This document shows, in pieces, positions 56,839 through 64,000 of a stretch of DNA of 64,000 nt. The DNA lies in NCBI GenBank assembly GCA_016187495.1, contig JACPJP010000012.1, positions 17,031 through 81,030 on the forward strand, written 5' to 3'. This DNA is from Candidatus Woesearchaeota archaeon (lineage in GTDB: Archaea; Nanobdellota; Nanobdellia; Woesearchaeales; GW2011-AR4). The notes under the pieces were generated by a model. That model had not been told where the DNA came from and made no database searches. It saw only the letters and a program-made list of their open reading frames with translations. Every line of letters starts with the position of its first letter. Positions within the stretch are counted from its first letter, which is position 1. A program made the translations under genes and the position numbers.

Positions 56839-57909
56839 ATGAAAATTGCAGTTGTTGGAGGAGGAATTTTTGGAGTGTCAGTAGCATGGCTGCTAGCAAA
56901 AAATAACTACTCTGTAGATTTGTATGAAAAAGAAAGAGACATCCTTTTGGCTGCTTCCGGAATAAACCAATACAGGCTACATCGGGGATACCATTACCCC
57001 AGAAGCAAAGAAACAGCCTTGCTGTCCATTGAAGGCGAAAAAAGTTTTAGGAGAGAATACAATAAGGCGTTATTTGGAGACAAACTTGAGCATTACTATA
57101 GCATTGCAAAAAGGAACAGCTTTGTCACTGCAGATCAATGCCTGAAATTCTGGGACAGCTGTAATCTTAAATACGAGAAGGTCAATCTGGACCTAATTAA
57201 TAAGGAAAAAGTTGAAGTGAATGTTAAAGTAGAAGAAGATATTTTTGATCCTGAAGCTTTAAGGAAAATATGCTGGGACAAGCTTAAGATGTATAAGGTT
57301 AACGTTATGTTGAATACTAAGGCAAAAGAAAGCGATCTGGAGAATTATGATTTAACTATTATTGCAACTTATTCCTTAAATAACTCCTTATTGCATAACT
57401 ATCCTTATGCCCAGCGAGAGTATCAATTTGAATTATGCGAAAAACCAGTTTTAAAGCTACCAGAGAAATTCAATAACAAAAGCTTTGTTGTGATAGATGG
57501 ACCATTTATGTGCATTGCCCCTTTTGGGAGATCTGGGATGTTTGTGATGGGCCATGTTGTTCACGCACTGCACCACATATCGGTAGGGAAATTGCCCGAG
57601 GTACCACAAGAATATAGGGGATTAATGAATAAGGGCGTAGTGAAAAACCCCACGATAACAAATATAGAAAAATTTATTGAATCCGGCAGTGAATTCTTCC
57701 CAGATTTAAAGTTCGCAGAACATGTAGGATCTATGTTTACAGTTAGAACTGTCCCCCCTTACAGGGAATATGATGATGCACGCCCGACTTTTGTTGAAAA
57801 AGTAAGCGAGAAGGTGGTATCTGTATTTTCGGGGAAAATCGGTACATGCATTGATGTTGCAGAGCAGGTTATTAGAATAGCCAACAACATCAACAAAGGG
57901 GGTAATTGA
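56839..57909 (+). CDS. FAD/NAD(P)-binding oxidoreductase
   Basis: 'KIAVVGGGIFGVSVAWLLAK' dinucleotide-binding motif followed by E (YEKE). Confidence 0.6.
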   Translation: MKIAVVGGGIFGVSVAWLLAKNNYSVDLYEKERDILLAASGINQYRLHRGYHYPRSKETALLSIEGEKSFRREYNKALFGDKLEHYYSIAKRNSFVTADQCLKFWDSCNLKYEKVNLDLINKEKVEVNVKVEEDIFDPEALRKICWDKLKMYKVNVMLNTKAKESDLENYDLTIIATYSLNNSLLHNYPYAQREYQFELCEKPVLKLPEKFNNKSFVVIDGPFMCIAPFGRSGMFVMGHVVHALHHISVGKLPEVPQEYRGLMNKGVVKNPTITNIEKFIESGSEFFPDLKFAEHVGSMFTVRTVPPYREYDDARPTFVEKVSEKVVSVFSGKIGTCIDVAEQVIRIANNINKGGN

Positions 57910-57954
57910 TGCGCTTGATTATTATGCTAAAGGTATGGAGGTTTTTGAAGCGAA

Positions 57955-59064
57955 ATGAACGAAATCCAATTAGTGAATCTAAAAAAGCAATATGAATTGC
58001 TGAGGGAGGAAATAAACACTGCAATTTCTAGCACGCTAGAAAATTCAAAATTCATTTTAGGCCCTGAGACATGCAAATTTGAAAAGGATTTTGCTGCTTT
58101 TTGCGACGCAAAATATAGCGTCGCCCTTAGTTCTGGTACAGACGCTTTAAAACTCGCATTAAGCACATTGGGCGTAAAGCGGGGTGATGAGGTTATTACA
58201 GTCCCAAATACTTTTATTGCCACAGTTGAGGCAATTATCGGGGTGGGGGCAAAACCCGTTTTTTGCGAAATTGAGGAGCAGACATTTACCCTCGATGTCA
58301 AAAAGTTAAATGGGTTGATCACAGAGAAGACCAAGGCCATTTTGCCCGTTGACTTATACGGGCACCCTTGCGATTTGTCCCCAATAATGGATTTGGCCGA
58401 AAAGCATGACTTTAGTGTGGTAGAAGATGCTTGTCAGGCTCACGGTGCAAAGTATGGGGGCAAAATGATTGGGGGGATTGCACACGCAACAGTATTCAGC
58501 TTTTACCCCAGCAAAAATTTGGGATCTTATGGCGATGGGGGGGCTATTACCACTAATGATGAAGAATTGGCTGGAAAGATTTCGGCATTGCGCGACCATG
58601 GAAGGCTTACCCATGAAAAATATAAGCACGACTACATTGGTGGCAATTATCGTATGGACGAGCTGCAAGCTGCAATTCTCAATGTAAAATTAAAATATCT
58701 GGAAAAATGGATTGAGGCAAGAAGAAATTTGGCTTCGTTATATAGCAAGCTGATCGATTCAAAACATGTAAGGCATCCTGAGGAAGCAAGCTATGCGAGA
58801 CATGCCTATTACCTATATGTCATAAGATCAAAAAAAAGAGACATGTTAAAAAAATTTTTGCTTTCTGAAAAAATATGCTGCGAGGTCCATTATCCGCTAC
58901 CACTCCATTTGCAGCCCGCACTTAAATTTCTGGGCCGTAAAAAAGGAGATTTTGAAATCACCGAGCAATGTTCCGATACTGTATTGTCGCTACCCCTATA
59001 TCCTGAGCTGGAAGAGAAAGAAATAATGTACATATCAGACAAAATAAATAAGTTTTTTAAATGA
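57955..59064 (+). CDS. DegT/DnrJ/EryC1/StrS-family sugar aminotransferase (second copy)
   Basis: 'SFYPSKNLGSYGDGG' PLP-lysine region; 369 aa. Confidence 0.88.
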   Translation: MNEIQLVNLKKQYELLREEINTAISSTLENSKFILGPETCKFEKDFAAFCDAKYSVALSSGTDALKLALSTLGVKRGDEVITVPNTFIATVEAIIGVGAKPVFCEIEEQTFTLDVKKLNGLITEKTKAILPVDLYGHPCDLSPIMDLAEKHDFSVVEDACQAHGAKYGGKMIGGIAHATVFSFYPSKNLGSYGDGGAITTNDEELAGKISALRDHGRLTHEKYKHDYIGGNYRMDELQAAILNVKLKYLEKWIEARRNLASLYSKLIDSKHVRHPEEASYARHAYYLYVIRSKKRDMLKKFLLSEKICCEVHYPLPLHLQPALKFLGRKKGDFEITEQCSDTVLSLPLYPELEEKEIMYISDKINKFFK

Positions 59065-59088
59065 AATTCAGATACTTACAATCTTAAA

Positions 59089-59520
59089 ATGAATAAAATT
59101 GTAAAAGACTGCAAAATAGGGGATAACACAAAGATCTGGGATTATACTAACCTCTATGGGTGTGAAATTGGAAAAAATTGCATGATAGGGGCTTTTGTCG
59201 AGATACAAAAAGGAGTAAAGATTGGAAATAATGTAAGGATTCAAAGCCATACCTTTATATGCGAGGGGGTGACCATCGGAGATGATGTTTTTATTGGCCA
59301 TGGCGTTATTTTTACAAATATTAAAAAACCTTCTATGAAAACGTACCCCCATAAATCCCTGCTGAAAACCAATGTAGGGAAAGGTGCTATTATAGGCTCG
59401 AATGCCACAATATTGCCGGTTAAAATAGGGGAGAACTCAATTGTCGGCGCTGGCGCTGTTGTAACAAAAGATGTCCCTCCAAATTCAACTGTTGCGGGGA
59501 ATCCTGCGATAATAATCTGA
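59089..59520 (+). CDS. left-handed beta-helix (hexapeptide) sugar N-acetyltransferase (WbpD/PglD-like)
   Basis: Tandem hexapeptide repeats ([LIV]GxxxxI); 143 aa. Confidence 0.8.
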   Translation: MNKIVKDCKIGDNTKIWDYTNLYGCEIGKNCMIGAFVEIQKGVKIGNNVRIQSHTFICEGVTIGDDVFIGHGVIFTNIKKPSMKTYPHKSLLKTNVGKGAIIGSNATILPVKIGENSIVGAGAVVTKDVPPNSTVAGNPAIII

Positions 59521-59521
59521 A

Positions 59522-60469
59522 ATGGCAAATAATAAAAGAGTGAAAAGGGTTTCTGTAGTAAGCCCTGCACGCAATGAGGAAGGGAATATTAAAGAGTTTG
59601 TAGCAAGAACAGCAGCAGCTTTAGAAAAATTAAATTGCGAATACCAGATAATAGTCGTGGATGATGCCAGCACAGACAAAACGCCCGCTATACTTGAAAA
59701 ACTGAAATCAAGGTACAAGGAGCTTAAGGTCGTACACAATAAAAAGGCTAAGGGCATTACCAACTCGCTTAACGTCGGCTTTAAATATACCTCTTACCCA
59801 ACTATAATATTTTTGCCTTCTGATTTGGAATCAAATCCTAGTGAAGACATACCAGACCTATTAGAATCATATGAACAGGGCAATGATTTTGTTATCGGGT
59901 GGAGGTATAATAAAAGGGACAATAGGATAAAGAGAGCTACCACATTCCTATTCAATAAACTGGTCGGTGCCTTGTTTAAGGACGTTAAATTGCATGATTT
60001 GGGATGGGTCAAATGCTTTGACAGGGAGATATTGGATAATATAGAGCCCCTGCGATCGGATTGGCACCGCTTTTTGGCTGTTTTGGCAATAACAGAGGGT
60101 TATAGGGTAAAAGAGATAAAAACCAAGTATTATCCAAGAAAAAGAGGGGTATCAAAATTCGGAAAATTTGGATTAGGGAGGATACAAGGGGCATTTTTTG
60201 ATTTGTTGGCTATAAAATTCTTTTCAATATTTTCAAAGAAGCCTATGCATATGTTTGGACTTATGGGGCTAATTTTTACCCTTATAGGGCTTATTTTTGG
60301 AGTCTATTTGCTGTACCTTCATTTCATATCCTTCTCGGAAGTTGATAAAAAAATACCCTTCGTAATTTTAACATCCTTATTTATTTTGGTCGGTACGGTT
60401 TTTTTCAGCATTGGGATCTTGGCAGAGTACTTAGTTTCTATAATGGAGAAATTGAAAAAAATCAAATAA
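59522..60469 (+). CDS. family-2 glycosyltransferase with C-terminal TM anchor (polyprenyl-phosphate sugar synthase, DPM1/ArnC-like)
   Basis: 'VSVVSPARNEEGNI', 'VDDAS', DxD; two C-terminal TM helices. Confidence 0.8.
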   Translation: MANNKRVKRVSVVSPARNEEGNIKEFVARTAAALEKLNCEYQIIVVDDASTDKTPAILEKLKSRYKELKVVHNKKAKGITNSLNVGFKYTSYPTIIFLPSDLESNPSEDIPDLLESYEQGNDFVIGWRYNKRDNRIKRATTFLFNKLVGALFKDVKLHDLGWVKCFDREILDNIEPLRSDWHRFLAVLAITEGYRVKEIKTKYYPRKRGVSKFGKFGLGRIQGAFFDLLAIKFFSIFSKKPMHMFGLMGLIFTLIGLIFGVYLLYLHFISFSEVDKKIPFVILTSLFILVGTVFFSIGILAEYLVSIMEKLKKIK

Positions 60470-60471
60470 AA

Positions 60472-62217
60472 ATGAAAATATTTGCCCATGCAATGAAAGG
60501 ACTTAAAGATACGGTCATGTGGATACTTACAAAAAAAAATTTAGTAATCATATTGTTCATAGTTTTTCTATATTTAAGGCTATTTATTAGCGATTCTTCA
60601 CTGCTTTTATCCAGCGATTCATTGAAATTCATCGAAACCTCAAAACGATTCCCAAATTATACTCTCTATAATGATGAGATTTACCTGCATCACCCCCCAC
60701 TTTATCCATATACAATCCGCTTTTTTTCCTTGTTTTTTCAGGATCATACCGCGGCAATATTCGTTAGCTTAATCTCGTCTATTGCCTCCTTTTTTGTATT
60801 GTACAACTTCTTGATGCTACTTACAAAAAATTTCGATATTGTTTTCTTCGTTATGGTTTTTTACACCATGTCTGCAACATTCATAGAAGCAGCCGGAGCA
60901 ATTTTAAGGGAAACATTTGTTGTTTTATTAATCCTTTTAGCACTTTATTATTATGTCAAGGGGGTTAAATTCAATAATAAAAAATCGCTTATTGCTGCCA
61001 CAATATTCGGAAGCTTATTGGCGATTACTTCAGATCACGTCGTCTTTATTCTTCCGGCATTCGCCCTTTCCTATATAATTTTTAATAAGGAAAAAATAAA
61101 TTTGAAAGCAGCGGAAGTTCAAAGAACTTCAAGGTTTGCTTTCAGCAAACGGTTAAAGCTGCCAAATTTAAAATACGCAATTATGCCGTTATTAATAACA
61201 TTGATTGTTTATGGCTCTTGGTTAGGAATAAAAGCTTTTCAATACTCAAATAGCTACTACTACCCTATAGGAATCGAAGGCATCCCTATAGATGTCAGAA
61301 ATTTTGGAATTTTTGAACTTTTAAGCCCACAACTTTTTGAGGATTATAGCGATGCCAGGCTGGTTTCTTCAGGCATTCCGGCAGTAAAGAGAGTTGCATT
61401 CAATATTGGATATATGTTTAATATGGCCCCATTTTCAATACCTGATGGCCTGAATTTTACTACTATGAAATATCTCCTATTCACCAGGCATATTATCTAT
61501 ATAATTTTAATCTATGTTCCCCTTGCGATGCTTGCAATTTTTGGCTTGTACACAATAGCTAAGGAATTTATCAGAACAAAAAAAATATACCAAAATGTTA
61601 ATCTTTATATGATAGGCATATTCCTCATCTTTATTTTTCCAATAACCCAAAAATTTGTTTCCCCAAGATACATCTATACATCGTACATTTTCTTATATTT
61701 TATAATGGGTTATGGATTGACAACTTTGCTTAAAAAAAGAGGAGTAGCGCAAATCCGCCCTATAATTTTTCCGCTCATAGCAATCTTGCTTTTGCTATTG
61801 ATCCCCATTTGGTACTATAGCCATCCTTATGTCGTACTTTTCAGCAAAAAAGTCATTTCGTCGCAAAAAACGGGAGATTTTATAGCTAATAACATACCCT
61901 CTGAAGCAGTTATAATGGCCCAGCCAGGATATGGCGTCAAATTAATTTATCTTACCGGCAACAGGGTTGTAGGCTTGCATCCTCAACCGGAGAAATTGCC
62001 TGAGCTGATAGACTATTATAATATCAGCTATATTGTTTTCGGCAGGCGATATACTTCGGATGCCTATTATGTCAGCACAAAATCCGTTGAATTTGTTAGG
62101 GATAATCCTGATAAATTTGAGCTAATTGCAGCTATCCAAGAGGATTATAGGGATTTTTATAATGAAGAGGATCCTGCAAGTACGGATGAAGTGTACATTT
62201 ATAAAATAATAAATTAA
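60472..62217 (+). CDS. large polytopic membrane protein, GT-C-like glycosyltransferase candidate
   Basis: 581 aa, ~12 TM helices, soluble C-terminal domain; organisation like ArnT/oligosaccharyltransferase-type enzymes, but no WWDYG motif seen. Confidence 0.5.
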   Translation: MKIFAHAMKGLKDTVMWILTKKNLVIILFIVFLYLRLFISDSSLLLSSDSLKFIETSKRFPNYTLYNDEIYLHHPPLYPYTIRFFSLFFQDHTAAIFVSLISSIASFFVLYNFLMLLTKNFDIVFFVMVFYTMSATFIEAAGAILRETFVVLLILLALYYYVKGVKFNNKKSLIAATIFGSLLAITSDHVVFILPAFALSYIIFNKEKINLKAAEVQRTSRFAFSKRLKLPNLKYAIMPLLITLIVYGSWLGIKAFQYSNSYYYPIGIEGIPIDVRNFGIFELLSPQLFEDYSDARLVSSGIPAVKRVAFNIGYMFNMAPFSIPDGLNFTTMKYLLFTRHIIYIILIYVPLAMLAIFGLYTIAKEFIRTKKIYQNVNLYMIGIFLIFIFPITQKFVSPRYIYTSYIFLYFIMGYGLTTLLKKRGVAQIRPIIFPLIAILLLLLIPIWYYSHPYVVLFSKKVISSQKTGDFIANNIPSEAVIMAQPGYGVKLIYLTGNRVVGLHPQPEKLPELIDYYNISYIVFGRRYTSDAYYVSTKSVEFVRDNPDKFELIAAIQEDYRDFYNEEDPASTDEVYIYKIIN

Positions 62218-62255
62218 CCTATGGCACTTCCTTAAATATATCTTCCTTAAATAGA

Positions 62256-63161
62256 ATGAAACTTTTAAAATCCAGCGGATTTAAGGTCTTATTAAGTGTT
62301 ATTCTGCTGTTCTTGGTATTTAGGTTAATTGGATTTCAAGAAATTTATGCTGTGCTTTTAAGCGTGAATCTTAGTTATATCCTGATCTCTTTCGTATTTG
62401 TATTATTGCTTATACTGCTTAAGGCTGTAAGATGGAGGAATATTGCTGCGGCGTTTAAGGCTAATATAAGCTTAGCAGACTCTATAAACTACACGCTCAT
62501 ATCGTTTACATTCGGATTTGTAACGCCTGGAAGGGTTGGAGAATTTATTAAAGGCAAATACCTTGCAGATAAGACTAAAGCAGGATATTTCAAGTCTTTC
62601 CTTACAGCAGTGATTGATAAGGCCTTTGATATAGCATCATTGTTTGGATCGGCATTGCTCGGGATTGCTTTTTTGGATATAAACCTGCCCTTTTCTGATC
62701 TGTTTATCTATCTATTTATATCATATATAATCATTTTGATACTAATATTCTTATTTTTCGATAAATCACTCAAGTTTGCTAAGTTTTTCCTTCCTAAGAA
62801 ATACCGGGATGATTTGGAGCCACTTAGCATTACAAGAAAAATTTATCTCTCTTCACTAGGCATATCATTTTTGATATGGATTTTTCTGAGCGCAGCAGCA
62901 TTTTTCATTTTAAAATCTATGGACATTCCAGCAGTATCCTTGCTCATAGTGATGATTGCAGTTCCTTTGATGGCGCTTTCCTCACAACTTCCAATATCCT
63001 TTGGGGGCATAGGTGTTAGGGAATTAGTGGCCGTATATCTCTTCTCTACTATAGGAATCGCTGCTGAGAAGTCCGCAGCCTTTTCATTGATTTATACATT
63101 TGTGAGCTTCATAGTGCCTGCAATTATAGGTGCATTCCTATACCTTAAATTAAAGCGTTAG
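62256..63161 (+). CDS. UPF0104/lysylphosphatidylglycerol-synthase-TM-region-like (flippase-like) membrane protein
   Basis: 301 aa, ~8 TM helices; family commonly found next to polyprenyl-phosphate glycosyltransferases. Confidence 0.55.
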   Translation: MKLLKSSGFKVLLSVILLFLVFRLIGFQEIYAVLLSVNLSYILISFVFVLLLILLKAVRWRNIAAAFKANISLADSINYTLISFTFGFVTPGRVGEFIKGKYLADKTKAGYFKSFLTAVIDKAFDIASLFGSALLGIAFLDINLPFSDLFIYLFISYIIILILIFLFFDKSLKFAKFFLPKKYRDDLEPLSITRKIYLSSLGISFLIWIFLSAAAFFILKSMDIPAVSLLIVMIAVPLMALSSQLPISFGGIGVRELVAVYLFSTIGIAAEKSAAFSLIYTFVSFIVPAIIGAFLYLKLKR

Positions 63162-64000
63162 ACTTATTTTGTTGCTCTTAAACCACTCCGTAAAACTCTT
63201 TATTCCTTGTTTAAAATCGATTTCCGGAGACCATCCCAGCAGTTTTTTGGCTTTGCTTATGTTAGCATAAGTCACTTCCATATCTCCCTGCTGCTTTTCT
63301 GCCATTTTTATTTTTGCCTTTTTATCAAGATTGTTCTCTATTAGGCGGATTACATCTTTTAATATTACTGGATTATTGTCTCCCAGGTTTATTATTTCAA
63401 AGCCCTTATTTTTTTCCAATGCCAGCAAGATGCCTTTAACTATGTCGCTTACGTAAGTATAGTCCCTCTTGGAAGTTCCATTTCCATAAACCTCAATTTT
63501 TTTTTCCTCATTTATCATTTTTGCGAACTTGTAGATCGCCATATCCGGCCTTCCCCTGGGGCCGTAAACTGTAAAGAACCTTAAACATGCTATATTCATG
63601 CCGTAGAGGTTGTGGTATGTGTTGCATAATAATTCACATGACCTCTTGGTAAAGCCGTAAGGCGATATCTGGCTGTTTACTTCGTCATTCTCGCTGAAAG
63701 GTATTTTTTTATTGCCTCCGTAAACAGAGCTTGATGAGCCGAAAACAAAATTTTTTATGCTGTTTTCCCTTGCAAGCTCCAGCAGGTTCAATGTTCCCTG
63801 TATGTTGTCCTGAACATAGGCATCTGGCATGGAAATAGATGGTCTTACGCCAACCCTCGCTGCAAGATGAATTATTTTTTCTATTTTGCTGTTTTTAAAA
63901 ATATTTTTTAATCCATCAATGTTTTTTATATCTTCCCTATACAAAGAAAAATTTTTATTTTTATTTAGGGCTTCAATGTTGCTTTCTTTTATCTTTGGGC
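63150..64000 (-). CDS. NAD-dependent epimerase/dehydratase (UDP-glucose 4-epimerase-like), 5' end beyond window
   Basis: C-terminal two-thirds of the SDR-extended fold (YGFTKRSCE YxxxK). The N-terminal Rossmann GxxGxxG is missing, so the gene must continue past position 64000. Confidence 0.78.
   Translation of the reverse strand, partial: PKIKESNIEALNKNKNFSLYREDIKNIDGLKNIFKNSKIEKIIHLAARVGVRPSISMPDAYVQDNIQGTLNLLELARENSIKNFVFGSSSSVYGGNKKIPFSENDEVNSQISPYGFTKRSCELLCNTYHNLYGMNIACLRFFTVYGPRGRPDMAIYKFAKMINEEKKIEVYGNGTSKRDYTYVSDIVKGILLALEKNKGFEIINLGDNNPVILKDVIRLIENNLDKKAKIKMAEKQQGDMEVTYANISKAKKLLGWSPEIDFKQGIKSFTEWFKSNKISLTL

Noticed and set aside
1-64000. CRISPR arrays, rRNA, tRNA genes, transposase or integrase genes
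   Set aside because: No regularly spaced short direct repeats and no rRNA- or tRNA-like conserved boxes were seen. No ORF showed DDE, Tyr or Ser recombinase motifs. The only repeats are the 141-bp thiolase tract, the 13-bp tandem duplication and the two-copy structured intergenic element.

Overview
This 64-kb window is AT-rich (roughly 35% GC) and densely coding, with many 4-bp start/stop overlaps. It is most likely from an archaeon, because it carries RadB, an MBF1-type Zn-ribbon/HTH regulator, a Fap7-like kinase, GTP-type PEPCK and BRE/TATA-like promoters. Several proteins have Lys/Asn-rich low-complexity insertions. The window has three parts. (1) 0-10 kb holds a VapBC-like toxin-antitoxin pair, PEPCK-GTP, aspartate aminotransferase, YjbQ, MBF1, a processive GT2 synthase, a GT-C membrane protein and RadB. 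(2) 10-27.6 kb is a biotin-centred cluster: carboxyltransferase (PccB-like), BCCP, BioY plus an EcfA/EcfT biotin importer, BirA, and a biotin carboxylase with an odd N-terminal extension. It is interleaved with fatty-acid-type enzymes: a FabZ-like hotdog dehydratase, a FabG-like ketoreductase, and two thiolase paralogs flanking a DUF35-fusion protein. Both thiolase copies are broken exactly at the edge of a 141-bp perfectly identical tract, and one carries a 13-bp tandem duplication. (3) 28.5-64 kb is a large glycan biosynthesis island. It has three nucleotide-sugar dehydrogenases, five epimerase/dehydratases, two DegT aminotransferases, a sugar N-formyltransferase, an N-acetyltransferase, a C-methyltransferase and three SAM methyltransferases. 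It also has GT2, GT4 and GT-C glycosyltransferases, a Wzx-like flippase and a UPF0104 flippase-like protein. Embedded in it is an unexpected cassette of AcpS, an FkbH-like loader, an acyl carrier protein, a MaoC dehydratase and an AAC(3)-like N-acyltransferase. This points to an ACP-tethered acyl decoration of an amino sugar, which is unusual for an archaeon and is the best candidate for a new system. Other notable points are a ~60-nt structured intergenic element present in two copies, a 129-bp palindromic region in a divergent promoter, and a poly-A frameshift at the start of a metallophosphoesterase. No rRNA, tRNA or CRISPR array was found.
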